A stretch of 59,113 nt of DNA from a virus. Taxonomy: Duplodnaviria > Caudoviricetes. The DNA lies in the IMG/VR virus record IMGVR_UViG_3300031578_000036, positions 1-59,113 of that record. The stretch is one strand, 5' to 3'. The notes below the pieces were generated by a model. That model was given only the letters and a program-made list of their open reading frames with translations, searched no databases and was not told the origin of the DNA. The position numbers and the translations under genes were made by a program. Shown one piece after another: positions 34,935 to 44,775 of this stretch; within the stretch, counting starts at the first letter, position 1, and every line of letters begins with the position of its first letter.

Positions 34935-35197
34935 CGGCCCATCTCAAAGAGGTGGAAGACGAGCGCGCCGTCGGCCATCTGCCACGATCCGATATACCGC
35001 CCCACGTCGTCGTGAAGCGTGTGGCCCGTGCCGGCGAAGCGGAAGCGGCGCATTTCCTTGGGCAGCATAGGGTTCACCCGCGCCCACAGGCAGGGCACGC
35101 CGCCCTGCATGGCCACGTAAAGGGGTTCTGCCCCCATGGGCATTTCCAGGGTCACCACGTCGCCCAGGGCCAGCGGAAACTTCCACATGACGGTCAT
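34931..35197 (-). CDS. Conserved phage hypothetical protein
   Basis: WKFPL...MPMGAEPL.V..Q...LWA.V...GTGH...YIGS....LVFHLFE. Confidence 0.65.
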   Translation of the reverse strand: MTVMWKFPLALGDVVTLEMPMGAEPLYVAMQGGVPCLWARVNPMLPKEMRRFRFAGTGHTLHDDVGRYIGSWQMADGALVFHLFEMGR

Positions 35198-35628
35198 GCG
35201 GCCTCCACCGACGCCATCAGCCATGCGTCGTGGTACATCGGGGCGGTGGCTCGCACGGATTCCTTGGTGCGGCCCCAGGTGGCCAGGAACTGCGCCTCGC
35301 TGGCGTTGTCATAGTCCTGATGCACGGGCCTCCAGAGCGGGACCAGCACCGTCAGGTCGCCACCACTCCCGCGCGACTTCATGTGGGCCGGGTCGATCTG
35401 GTAACCCCTGGTGGCCGTCAGTCCGGTCACCTCGCACGGCTGGACCACGACCCAGTCCCGCTTCTCCCCGAAGTTCCGGGCGTACAGCTTGGCGCGGCGC
35501 TTCGGGTTCGTGCGTGGGATGCTGTTGCGTGGCCGCTCGCCGGCCAGCACCTCGCGCCGCAACCGCTCCTGCCAGGCGCGCACGGACGCGGCGTGCTTCT
35601 GTCTCGCCTTCTGCACGTCGGGGCTCAT
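35194..35628 (-). CDS. Putative HNH-like (DUF968/Ref-type) nuclease
   Basis: QPCEVTG...IDPAHMKSRGSGG...LVPL...HQ. Confidence 0.6.
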   Translation of the reverse strand: MSPDVQKARQKHAASVRAWQERLRREVLAGERPRNSIPRTNPKRRAKLYARNFGEKRDWVVVQPCEVTGLTATRGYQIDPAHMKSRGSGGDLTVLVPLWRPVHQDYDNASEAQFLATWGRTKESVRATAPMYHDAWLMASVEAA

Positions 35629-36959
35629 GCGGCCTCCATCGAACGGGCCTCACCGTCAACGACCTGGACCAGTCCGGGGCCCGAGCGGCCCACGGAGCAG
35701 ATCAGGACTTGCACCCCGGGTTCCTCGCGCGCCTCGGCGTCGATCTCCGCCAGCATGTCGTCGTCGAGCACGTCGCCCTCGTCGATCAGCGTGAAGCCGA
35801 GCCCGGCGGCCTCCGCCACCGCCAGCGCGATCCGCACGCGCTCCCCACCGGATGCGACCTCAAGCGGGCGCGCGTTGTAGATCGGCACGCCCTCCGGGTC
35901 GAAGGACAGGCCGTCTACGGGGATTGCGGCCGCTTCGATCAGTGCCAGGCGCTCGGCCTCCACGGCCTTCATGGCGGCGGTGATTCGGTCGTACTCCGCC
36001 GTTGCGCGCTCGGCCTCCACCTGGGCCGCCTCGTATGCCTCCCACGGGCGCATGGAGCGGGCCACGGCTTCCGCGCTGGCGATGTGGGCCATGTACGCCT
36101 CGATGGCCTCGGTCGGGTCGGGCATGGCTTCGGCGGACGCCTGGGCCACCTTCAGCCCAGCCTCAAGCCTGCGCCGGTCCTTCTTCATCTCCTCCAGGTC
36201 CGCTTCTGCGCCGTTCAACTCGGCGCGTAGGGCAACAACCATTGCCCCCTGGGCGCCGATGTCTCGGTCAATCCGCTCGATCTTCGAGCGCTCCGCCAGG
36301 ACAGCACTGGCCGCGTCCTGCCGCGCGCGGTCCTGTTCCCGGAGCTTGCGGACCTCGGCAATGGCGGCCTCCGTGTCCACGGGCTCGGGCTTCTCGCCTT
36401 CGGGCCGGGGCACGGCGTGGGCCTTCCGCTGGTCAGAGATCGCGGGCGTGCGCTCATCGTAGAGCGCCTTCCATGTGGCCTTCTTCTCGGCCAGTTTCTT
36501 CGGAAGCTCCGGGTCGTTGCCTAACCCCAACAGGATCTCGGTCTTCCGCGCCAGCGGGAGGCCAAAGAAACTTTGGAGGTCGGGGTCCGCGCCGTGATTC
36601 AGTTCGTCCAGCTTCGCCTGGCCGTACTTCCCACCGTCCGGGCCCTTCACGTAGAGCGAGCCCTTCGGATTGGCTGGCGTGTGATTGCGCTTGACCCGCC
36701 ATCCTTCGTCGAGGAGGATGTCGGTGTACCCGGTGCCGTCCTCGGATGCGTCGTTGACCGGGCGCTCGCTGACGTGGGCCGCCCCGCCCATCGCTCCATT
36801 GACCGCACGGAGCAGCGAGGTCTTCCCGGATCCGTTCTTGCCCGTGATGGGGATTAGCCCCCGATCCGGGATGTGCTCCACCAGCGCGGCCCGTAGGCCC
36901 TGGACCATGTGAACCTCGATCCGGACCAGCTTGGGACCCTGCTTCTTGGCGGCGTTCAT
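35625..36959 (-). CDS. SMC/Rad50-like ABC ATPase
   Basis: Walker A GKNGSGKTS, central coiled coil, signature ASGGE, Walker B LIDEGD. Confidence 0.85.
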   Translation of the reverse strand: MNAAKKQGPKLVRIEVHMVQGLRAALVEHIPDRGLIPITGKNGSGKTSLLRAVNGAMGGAAHVSERPVNDASEDGTGYTDILLDEGWRVKRNHTPANPKGSLYVKGPDGGKYGQAKLDELNHGADPDLQSFFGLPLARKTEILLGLGNDPELPKKLAEKKATWKALYDERTPAISDQRKAHAVPRPEGEKPEPVDTEAAIAEVRKLREQDRARQDAASAVLAERSKIERIDRDIGAQGAMVVALRAELNGAEADLEEMKKDRRRLEAGLKVAQASAEAMPDPTEAIEAYMAHIASAEAVARSMRPWEAYEAAQVEAERATAEYDRITAAMKAVEAERLALIEAAAIPVDGLSFDPEGVPIYNARPLEVASGGERVRIALAVAEAAGLGFTLIDEGDVLDDDMLAEIDAEAREEPGVQVLICSVGRSGPGLVQVVDGEARSMEAA

Positions 36960-37387
36960 GGGGCTGGATCTCCTAGTTTCGCCATGGCGTTGTAGTGTGC
37001 GATTGCCTTCTCGTCCCACGTAAGTTCTGCGCGGAGCCGCCAGTATTCGGCCTGGGCCTGTTCGCTTTCCTCAAGCGCGGCGGCGGCGCCTTCGATGTGC
37101 TGGCGGTAGCGGTCATCGGCCCGCGCCATTCGCTCTAGCTTGGCCTCGGACAGCCCTTCCTTCGCATGGACCTGCGCGAGTTCGCCGGCGATGTGGGCAA
37201 GCACGACTTTCCGCATGTGGTCCATGTGGTATGCCACGCCCGCCGCCTTCGCCTTGCGCTCTCCGAGCGCGCCGAGTTCCGCGAGCCGGTCGTATGGATC
37301 GCTCCCCAGCGACGCCACAAGGGTTTCCCGCGCGCTACCGTCGGGGTGCTGCCTGCGGGCGGCCATCTCGCGGAACGTCGGCATCAT
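36956..37387 (-). CDS. Hypothetical helical protein in the recombination module
   Basis: Coupled between ERF and the ATPase. Confidence 0.55.
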   Translation of the reverse strand: MMPTFREMAARRQHPDGSARETLVASLGSDPYDRLAELGALGERKAKAAGVAYHMDHMRKVVLAHIAGELAQVHAKEGLSEAKLERMARADDRYRQHIEGAAAALEESEQAQAEYWRLRAELTWDEKAIAHYNAMAKLGDPAP

Positions 37388-38175
37388 GCCTCAACGCCGC
37401 CGGCGAGCGCGGACAGCCACTTCTGCACGGCGGCCATCTTCGCGGGGCTCAGGGTAGCCACGGCACCCTCGGCCCGGCTCCGCTCCTCGGCGTCGATGGC
37501 CTCCAGGTCGTGGGCGGCCTTGATCTCTGTGAGCAGATCCTTCTCCCAGGTCGGGAGCCAGATCGGATGCTCGCACCCCTTGGCCTTGCACTTCAGGTCG
37601 GGGCCCTTCGGGTTCTTCTTGTTGGTGCGGTTGTCCCACATGGTGCCGCCGCACTTGGGGCACAGGATCACCTCGTCGCCTACGGTGGCGGGCTGGCCCT
37701 GCGTCGGCTTTGACGGGGCAGGCGGGTCCTGGCGTGTGGGCGCCTCACCCTTCGGCGGGTGGCTGGCGGCATTGCCGTCGTCGTCTTCCTGCGTGATGCC
37801 GGCGATTGCGGCCAGCGAGTACCGGCGCAAATAGGTAATGGCGCTTCCGAGGCTCTGTGCGTCGGACGGCTTCGGCCCCTCCTTCGTCTCTTTCGGCGCG
37901 AGGGGGGCACTTGCCGTCTCGGCCATCCACTCTCCCGACTCGTGAAGGATGACGTTTTCCAGCGATGCGGTACCGTCCGCTCCCGTCGCCACGAATTGCA
38001 CAACGGCGAGGCCGTGGGCCGAAAAGACTGGCTTCATCACGCGCAGAATCTCGGTCAGGTCCGCGTACCGACTCCGGTAGAACGGGTTGGCCGCGTTCTT
38101 GGTTGCGTTCTCCACCTCGGCCTGCGCCTCCACCAGCGCATGGGCCAGCTTCGCGATGCTCTCAGAGTGACGCAT
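37384..38175 (-). CDS. erf: ERF-family single-strand annealing protein with C-terminal Zn ribbon
   Basis: NPFYRSRYADL, HESGEW, GSAITYLRRYSLAAIAGI..EDDDG; CPKCGG.MWDN. Confidence 0.92.
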   Translation of the reverse strand: MRHSESIAKLAHALVEAQAEVENATKNAANPFYRSRYADLTEILRVMKPVFSAHGLAVVQFVATGADGTASLENVILHESGEWMAETASAPLAPKETKEGPKPSDAQSLGSAITYLRRYSLAAIAGITQEDDDGNAASHPPKGEAPTRQDPPAPSKPTQGQPATVGDEVILCPKCGGTMWDNRTNKKNPKGPDLKCKAKGCEHPIWLPTWEKDLLTEIKAAHDLEAIDAEERSRAEGAVATLSPAKMAAVQKWLSALAGGVEA

Positions 38176-39358
38176 CTACCACCTCCCCATCCTGTAGTCG
38201 GTTTCGTCGTCCCACTCGATTGCCTTCGGCGGCCCTGCCACGTAGCCCACCTCGTCCAGGAATGCGTCCACCTCGGCCTCCAGGGCGGCGAGCCGTTGCG
38301 CTAGGCGCCACCCGAGCTCCCGTTCCTTCCGCCCGTTCGCCTCCAGCCACACCACGCACGCGCACAGGTTGTGGAGCGGCGAGATTGCGTCAGCGTCGGC
38401 TTCCGGCAGGCGGTCCACGGGATTCGTGGGGCTCGGCTCCAGGTCGCCGGTCAGGGCGATCCGGTTGCGCTCGGCGTTGAGCGACTCGGTCATGGAGCGG
38501 CCGTTCATTCGGCATCCCAATTCGTGTGCATCAACAGGGCCAAAAGGAACGACAAGCCCGTGAGCGCCAGTCCCACGGGCCACCATGGGCTGGTGTCATA
38601 CACGGTCAGGATCGCCGTTGCGACCGCAACCCCGAGCATGAGCGCGGAGCAGTAGATACCCCTTTCTCTTGTAGTCATGGTCAGAAGTCCAGTTCGGGTT
38701 GCGCGTCGGCGGGCAGCTTGTGGGTGCAGGGTTCGCAGTATTCCTGCCGCTCCCACTCCCACCCGTTGCGCTTCGTGCGGAGCCAGTAGGGGCGGGCCTC
38801 CGCCTCCGGGATCTCCTTGCCGCATCCCCAGCACGTCACGGTGTCCTCGAGCGTGACCACGGGGAACGGGCAGGGCCCGGGCAGGATCTTGATGTTCATG
38901 GTGGCTCCGGTTGTCATGGTCGGGTTCCGGTTGCTTTCGTTGTCAGGCGGCGGGCCGGTGAATCGTCGCGTGGTTGTCGCGCCACACGATGATGTAGCCC
39001 TCGCGCTTCGCCTGGTCGGCGTAGGTGCGGGCGTTGATCTTGCACCGGGTGATTCCGTGCCCTGCCGTGACACGCTCCCCGGTCATGATGACGCCGATCT
39101 GCTCCCCCGGGCGGGTCGAAACACTCTTGCTCGTTTTCATCGTCGTTCTCCGTTGTCAGGCGGCGGGCTTGGTGCCCGCCTCGATGTCGGCGTGCATCCG
39201 GTCGGCGGCGGCCTTACACATTCCCTCGGAGGTCGGCGCACCGGCCTCGTGGCGGATCCGATCAGCGTCCGTCAGCCAGTGGTGCGGCGTGCACCACACG
39301 CACCGCATGGCCAGCAGTTCACGGACGTTGCCGTTCAGGCCGACCCAGCGCACGGCAG

Positions 39359-40039
39359 TCACGGGGTGGCTCCGAGGGCGGCACGGAGTAGTGGCGCCAA
39401 CGCCGCAGCCGTGACGCGGTCGTACTCGGCCAACGCCGCAGCCGTGACGCGGTCGTACTCGGCCAACGCCGGAGCCCTGACGCGGTCGTACTCGGCCCAC
39501 GCCGCAGCCGTGACGCGGTCGTACTCGGCCAACGCCGCAGCCCTGACGCGGTCGTACTCGGCCCACGCCGCAGCCGTGACGCGGTCGTACTCGGCCAACG
39601 CCGCAGCCCTGACGCGGTCGTACTCGGCCAACGCCGGAGCCCTGACGCGGTCGTACTCGGCCAACGCCGGAGCCCTGACGCGGTCGTACTCGGCCAACGC
39701 CGCAGCCGTGACGCGGTCGTACTCGGCCGACGCCGCAGCCCTGACGCGGTCGTACTCGGCCAACGCCGCAGCCCTGACGCGGTCGTACTCGGCCCACGCC
39801 GCAGCCGTGACGCGGTCGTACTCGGCCAACGCCGCAGCCCTGACGCGGTCGTACTCGGCCAACGCCGGAGCCGTGAGTACCTTGTGCGCCAGCCACCCCA
39901 CGTCCAGGCCGAGCCGGTGGGCTTTACGGATCGTCGCAACCGTGATCGGGGCCCCATTGGGCCACTCGTGCTCCACGATGGCGACCTGTTCGGGGCATGC
40001 GCCTAGCGAACGCAGGTACTTAGCGGTGATGCGCTTCAT
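39359..40039 (-). CDS. 11-aa tandem-repeat helical protein
   Basis: LRSLGAC...DVGWLA head followed by 14 copies of A(A/P)(L/W/S)AEYDRV(R/T)A. Confidence 0.75.
   Translation of the reverse strand: MKRITAKYLRSLGACPEQVAIVEHEWPNGAPITVATIRKAHRLGLDVGWLAHKVLTAPALAEYDRVRAAALAEYDRVTAAAWAEYDRVRAAALAEYDRVRAAASAEYDRVTAAALAEYDRVRAPALAEYDRVRAPALAEYDRVRAAALAEYDRVTAAAWAEYDRVRAAALAEYDRVTAAAWAEYDRVRAPALAEYDRVTAAALAEYDRVTAAALAPLLRAALGATP
39395..39876. repeat. 33-bp coding tandem repeat, about 14.5 units
   Basis: Unit GACGCGGTCGTACTCGGCC(A/C/G)ACGCCG(C/G)AGCC(G/C)T, head-to-tail with no spacers. Confidence 0.97.
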
Positions 40040-40431
40040 TTGTCGTCTCCGGTAAGGGCGGCACGGGCGATGACGTGGCACGCGGTTGAGCACCCCATCT
40101 CGTCGCAGTTGTGAACGTCGGGGTGGTCGTCAGCCAGGTCGCCGTTCGGTGAGCCATCCGTCAGGATCATCTCACCCTCGGCAGTGACCCACAGGGTTCC
40201 GCAGAACATCGTTCCAGGTGGCACGCGCTCCCGCTGGCGGCGCTCGTCCGACATCGGATATGCATGGACCCTGGCGAGGTGCAGGAAGCGTGTGGCGATG
40301 TCCTCGGGCTCCACGGGCAGGCTCGCAACCGCACGGCGCAGGCATTCGCAGGGGCCGTCGGTGTAGCCGTGCTCGTGGCAGTGGTAGTGCGCGCCGGTGA
40401 GCGTCCTGAAGCCTTCGTGCGTGATGCTCAT
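40036..40431 (-). CDS. Hypothetical protein
   Basis: Cys/His-rich; HNCDEMGC motif. Confidence 0.5.
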   Translation of the reverse strand: MSITHEGFRTLTGAHYHCHEHGYTDGPCECLRRAVASLPVEPEDIATRFLHLARVHAYPMSDERRQRERVPPGTMFCGTLWVTAEGEMILTDGSPNGDLADDHPDVHNCDEMGCSTACHVIARAALTGDDK

Positions 40432-40480
40432 GCGTCCCCCTTCAGCGCGTCCTTCGCGCGGTTGCTTGCGGTCCACCATG

Positions 40481-41221
40481 TCAGGCGGCGAGCGCATTGT
40501 GCTTCGCGTAGTGGGCAATCACTCGCCCGCACCAACCCTGGAGCAGCCGTACCGTGTGCAGATCCGCGTCCGTCATCCCGTCCACGTCGCCCTCGTCAGG
40601 CATGTCGATTGAGCGGATGAAGACGACCACCTTGCCCTCGGCGGGCTCGGTCTCGCCCTCCACCACCACGGGCTCGGCGTTCTCGACGGGTGTGGGCTCG
40701 CTGGCTTCGGCAAGGCGCCGCGCGGTGGCCTCTGCCACTTCCTCGGCCATCGTCTTCGGTTCGGCCTTCGGCTTGCGGGGCTTCGGAAGCATCCGGCGGT
40801 CCCGGGCTGTCCGAACGTGCTTCGCGGTCACGGGCTTGCCCTTGGCTTCGGCGTCGGCCCGTGCCTCCTCCAGCACTTCCGCCCGCTGGTCCACAGGAAC
40901 CGCGACCAGTTCGCGGGCCTGGCCCTCGTTGACCGGAACAGTTGTTCCACTTTCGAGCAGCCCGACCACGACCTCGTGGGCGTCGATCAACTGGCGGGCG
41001 CGGCGGTCGGTCCACCCGCAACGGGCCTGGCAGTACGCCTCGAAGGTGCCGAAGTCCTCCCTGTACAGCCGTTGGTCACGAATGATGGACAGTGCGCCCC
41101 CGACCTCCGCGAAGGTCTGGAGCCCCTTCTCCACGATCCCGTCCAAGTCGTTGAACTTCCGGCGCTCGACTACGGTGAGCGGCTCGGGCTTGGTGACGGT
41201 GGCCACGGCTTCGGTAGTCAT
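40481..41221 (-). CDS. Phage DNA-binding-like protein
   Basis: EVGGALSIIRDQRLYREDFGTFEAYC...NEGQAREL, a domain commonly seen in phage early proteins. Confidence 0.7.
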   Translation of the reverse strand: MTTEAVATVTKPEPLTVVERRKFNDLDGIVEKGLQTFAEVGGALSIIRDQRLYREDFGTFEAYCQARCGWTDRRARQLIDAHEVVVGLLESGTTVPVNEGQARELVAVPVDQRAEVLEEARADAEAKGKPVTAKHVRTARDRRMLPKPRKPKAEPKTMAEEVAEATARRLAEASEPTPVENAEPVVVEGETEPAEGKVVVFIRSIDMPDEGDVDGMTDADLHTVRLLQGWCGRVIAHYAKHNALAA

Positions 41222-41385
41222 GCGGCCCGCTTTGCGTCGTCAGCCACGGCGCGGGTAACGGCACGTTCCACGTACTCGGCGCGCGTCTGCCCTTCACGGG
41301 TGGCGATTGCCTCCACCAGCCGGATGATATCCGTCCGAAGTCTGAACGTCACGGGTTCCCTTGTCGGGGGCCTCTTGGTCGGCAC
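41218..41385 (-). CDS. Ribbon-helix-helix (Arc/CopG-like) regulator, 55 aa; first gene of the early operon
   Basis: Below the ORF-track cutoff. Translates as MPTKRPPTREPVTFRLRTDIIRLVEAIATREGQTRAEYVERAV; GAGGAG RBS; ATGA-coupled to the next gene. Confidence 0.75.
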   Translation of the reverse strand: MPTKRPPTREPVTFRLRTDIIRLVEAIATREGQTRAEYVERAVTRAVADDAKRAA

Positions 41386-41425
41386 GTTGCTCCTCTCTTT
41401 CCGGGTTGGATCCTTGGCGCGGTAT

Positions 41426-41455
41426 ACGATACGTGTACGCCAGCCCGGATGTCAA
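41426..41455 (-). promoter_or_regulatory. Sigma70-like early promoter
   Basis: TTGACA-N18-TATCGT directly upstream of the RHH gene. Confidence 0.7.
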
Positions 41456-41562
41456 GGGTCTTGTTTCCGCACCCACCAATAAGCAGAGGCCGGAGCCCAT
41501 AGGACCCGGCCATTAAACGCCGTAGTTGTCAGCACGCGCCCTAACAGGTAGGGTAGCTGCCG

Positions 41563-42171
41563 CTAGCGCACCACGGCCTCAAGCGCACGAAGGATGGCGT
41601 AGTAGCCCAGCGCCTTCGGGATCTCATAGAGCGGGGCCCACCGGGGATAGCGCACCGTCGTGCGGTACGGCTCCTCGAGCCCGGCGGCGACCCCAAGTGG
41701 CAGGCGCACCCGGTAGTCCTCGGCCACCAAGTCGCCGTAGCCATTCATGCTCGTCACGAGCAGGGGGTTCCGCTGGAAGGGGAGCCAAGTCTGCCCAACC
41801 GTGAAGGAGCGGATCACGGAGGGGGACGGAAGCGCACGTTCTGTGCTATCCTGTCCTAGCTCAGTAGGACGTTCCGGGTCGGACTGCGCTATCAGGATAG
41901 GACGGCAGAACCGCTCCACGTCCTCCATGACGGCTCCCGGGGCGATGGCGCGCACGTCGGGTTGTAGATAGACGTACACGATCCTGTCGCGTATCCCCGG
42001 CGGGCCCGACGGCACCTCGCGCACGATGATGGCAACCCTCGTGGTCTCCACTTCCCGATATGGGAATACTCGTTCCCAACACGACAGGCAGGCCACCAGC
42101 GTCAGGGCAACGCCCACGAGCACCCACCCAATGCGGCCCATTACCCAGAAGCCAACCCTGGCGCCGTTCAT
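41563..42171 (-). CDS. Membrane-anchored hypothetical protein (possibly lysis accessory)
   Basis: N-terminal hydrophobic helix; last gene of the lysis-region operon. Confidence 0.5.
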   Translation of the reverse strand: MNGARVGFWVMGRIGWVLVGVALTLVACLSCWERVFPYREVETTRVAIIVREVPSGPPGIRDRIVYVYLQPDVRAIAPGAVMEDVERFCRPILIAQSDPERPTELGQDSTERALPSPSVIRSFTVGQTWLPFQRNPLLVTSMNGYGDLVAEDYRVRLPLGVAAGLEEPYRTTVRYPRWAPLYEIPKALGYYAILRALEAVVR

Positions 42172-42373
42172 GGGATATCCAACAGGTCGCCCATCGCCTC
42201 GAACCACGCCTCGCGCACGGCCACCATGTCGTCCCGCTCGGCGGGCCCCAAATGCTTCACTTGGCCGCGCAAGTATTCACCGAACGCCTCGATGGCCGCG
42301 AATGCTTCACCGGCCCGGGATGCGCGCGTGAACTCGGCGCTGTCTTCCGGCAGGTTGAACGCGAGGATGCCTT

Positions 42374-42631
42374 TCATGCTGCGCGCTCCACCACCCGGAA
42401 CACCGGGTACCGCTGAAGGTGGCCCACGCTCGTCTGCCTCCAGTCGCGGAACCCTTCCATCTTGCCCTCACGGCACAGCGCCCTCACCCGGTGCTGCACG
42501 GTGGTGAGGGGAAGGCCGGTTATGTCGCAAATCTCCGCAGACGTGAATGCGTTAGGCGCCGACGCCCCGGGCGTTGGCTGGGCCTCGAGCATGGCCTGGA
42601 TCAGTTCGGCCTCGGTCATGTCGCGGCTCAT
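42374..42631 (-). CDS. Small winged-HTH protein
   Basis: FTSAEICDITGLPLTTVQHRVRAL...G. Confidence 0.6.
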   Translation of the reverse strand: MSRDMTEAELIQAMLEAQPTPGASAPNAFTSAEICDITGLPLTTVQHRVRALCREGKMEGFRDWRQTSVGHLQRYPVFRVVERAA

Positions 42632-43494
42632 GCGGCGCTCCGAATGATGGTGGGGCGCCGGGGCGCGGCGATGAACGGAATCACCTCGTCGCGCCCGTCA
42701 CGGATCATGCAGGCCGCGATCCCCACGTCAGCCAGCCGTTCGGCAGCGATCCGGTGGACGAACTCGGTGGCGAGCTGGAGGCAGGGCGTGGCTATCAGGC
42801 GGGTGACGCGCTTGTATGGCCGGCCGGAGTCGCCGTACAGGTGGGCGTGGGAGCGGATGGCAATGTCGGGTGGTCGTTCCTTGTCATCCCGCGCCTCGAA
42901 CTCGATGTCCTGGGCGTAGTACAGCAGGTACGGGTTGCGCGTGTGCGCACGCTGGCCCATGCGCCCGTGGTGGGCCTGGTCAATGAGAAGTCCACCGACT
43001 TCGTAGCGCCGCCGGTAGCTTGTGACTTGGCCGGTGTCGGGGTCCTCCACCAGCGGGAACCCCTTATCGCGCAACACCCTTGCCAGCCCTTCTTCCAATG
43101 AGCCGCCCTTGCCCACGTGCGCCCCGGTGCCCCGGGTCATGTGGATGGCCACGGGCCGGAGCTCGGTGAAGGCGTGGACCAGGACGCGGTTTGCCGTGCG
43201 GACATGGTGGCTGTCCATGGCCGAGGTATACTGCGCGTTCGTGTTGAGGTGGTGGAGCCCATCCGTCATGTCGCCATTGACGGCGAGCGTCACGTCGGCG
43301 CCCTCCTCCTTCGCTAGCGCAGCGACCTCACCGATGGCCTTGACGTAGTGGTTCCAGATCCAGCATTGGGCCTTGGATGGCTTGTACCACCCGCCGTCGT
43401 CCAGTTGGAACCCCTCAGGCTGGCAGATCGCGACCGTGGAGCCCCCGTGAACGTCGGCTACCATGACGATCAGGTGCTTGCGCTTCTTGCTCAC
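42628..43494 (-). CDS. Calcineurin-like metallophosphoesterase
   Basis: ADVHGG, NGDMTDG, GTGAH, HHG and RSHAH motifs; GTG start at 43494. Confidence 0.8.
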   Translation of the reverse strand: MSKKRKHLIVMVADVHGGSTVAICQPEGFQLDDGGWYKPSKAQCWIWNHYVKAIGEVAALAKEEGADVTLAVNGDMTDGLHHLNTNAQYTSAMDSHHVRTANRVLVHAFTELRPVAIHMTRGTGAHVGKGGSLEEGLARVLRDKGFPLVEDPDTGQVTSYRRRYEVGGLLIDQAHHGRMGQRAHTRNPYLLYYAQDIEFEARDDKERPPDIAIRSHAHLYGDSGRPYKRVTRLIATPCLQLATEFVHRIAAERLADVGIAACMIRDGRDEVIPFIAAPRRPTIIRSAA

Positions 43495-43910
43495 TCGCCC
43501 TCCCTGTTGGGGTCGCCCCTGTGGGTGTGCCACGCCAACGCGGCGAAGTCGTTGACGTACCCTTCGGATGCGTCTGACCAGAGCCTTTCGGCTAGGGCCC
43601 TCTTGGGTTTCTGCGTGATGATCGTTTCTACGCATTGGTCCAGTGGAGCCATGAGCACGTGGCCGATCTCGTGAAGCATCGTCACCGCCCGCCCGCGCGC
43701 GTCCATGGACCAGAACATCGGATGGAATGCAATCTCGGCGGATCGCTGGTCCCACATGGCGGTAGCGGATGCGTAGCTGTTAGGGTCCTTGTCGTCATAG
43801 GAGATCACGAGCGTGTCCACCCAGCCGGGCAGGAACGGGCGCCACTCTGCTACCACCTTGCGGATCTCCGCGTCCAGCGCGTCGGGCAGTTCACGGTAGC
43901 GCACTCTCAT
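43491..43910 (-). CDS. HExxH metalloprotease-like protein
   Basis: TMLHEIGH with a downstream Glu. Confidence 0.6.
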   Translation of the reverse strand: MRVRYRELPDALDAEIRKVVAEWRPFLPGWVDTLVISYDDKDPNSYASATAMWDQRSAEIAFHPMFWSMDARGRAVTMLHEIGHVLMAPLDQCVETIITQKPKRALAERLWSDASEGYVNDFAALAWHTHRGDPNREGE

Positions 43911-44155
43911 GTTTCACAGTCCTCCCGGAATCGGCCGCACACGGGACAGCGTGCCCAGCCTGGCAGCACGGGCTGATTGCACTCGCCGCACCGCCATGGG
44001 GACTGGTCCTCGTACCGCAGGGTGCGGAGCGGGTGGTCGTCCTGCTCCTGGAGAGCCTCGCCCGGGTCGATGCCGTCAGGGACAGCAAGCACACAATCCT
44101 CGTCGGCGTCTTCAGAGACGCGCACGACCCGGAGGTGCGGCTCGCGGTCCATGGG

Positions 44156-44350
44156 CTACGTCTTCGGTGGGGGCTCAGGTGGCACGGTGCCCTTCTTCTG
44201 GCCGCACGCTCGGCACGCCTTGGATGTCTCGCATTGCTTGCGCCCGCACCACCGGCAGATCCAGGTGCCACGCATACGGCTGCAATGAACGCAATTCATC
44301 CAATCGCCACTGTTCTCCTGGTCGCAGACTTCACAGGTCCAGTGCTTCAT
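44156..44350 (-). CDS. Small double Zn-ribbon (RanBP2-like) protein
   Basis: WTCEVC...CVHC and WICRWC...CRACG. Confidence 0.6.
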   Translation of the reverse strand: MKHWTCEVCDQENSGDWMNCVHCSRMRGTWICRWCGRKQCETSKACRACGQKKGTVPPEPPPKT

Positions 44351-44775
44351 CTATCTCCCCACAGTAGAGACTCACGGGGCATCCATGCGGGCGCAGGACC
44401 GGCCCAGAAGGCGACCTGAACCGCCGCTACGGGGATTATCCACCACATCAGCACCATGGGAGGCAACCACAGAGCCACACCCATGGCGTAGACCCACATC
44501 ACGTCGCCCACGTGGTCGAGCGCATCACCACGCCCCCGGCATAGGTCGGGCAGTTCGCGGAGCGAATAGAACGCGACAGCCAGGGGCCAGTACCAGGCGA
44601 GCGGGAGCCACAGCGGGCCGCCGATCAGCACCCACACCAGGAGCGCATTCAGGGCGTGCGCGGAATGGCCCGTGACGCGCGGCGAGGCGTAGGCCCACAC
44701 CCGGCGGAACCACTTGAGCCACCACGGATAGGACTCCACGGGCCAGTTGTCGGGATCGAAGCTGCCGGGGTTCAT
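44347..44775 (-). CDS. Membrane protein next to the endolysin
   Basis: Several hydrophobic, Trp-rich segments. Confidence 0.5.
   Translation of the reverse strand: MNPGSFDPDNWPVESYPWWLKWFRRVWAYASPRVTGHSAHALNALLVWVLIGGPLWLPLAWYWPLAVAFYSLRELPDLCRGRGDALDHVGDVMWVYAMGVALWLPPMVLMWWIIPVAAVQVAFWAGPAPAWMPRESLLWGDR

Noticed and set aside
39395-39876. Possible CRISPR array
   Set aside because: The units are head-to-tail with no unique spacers, the period is a multiple of three within an ORF, and no cas genes are present.
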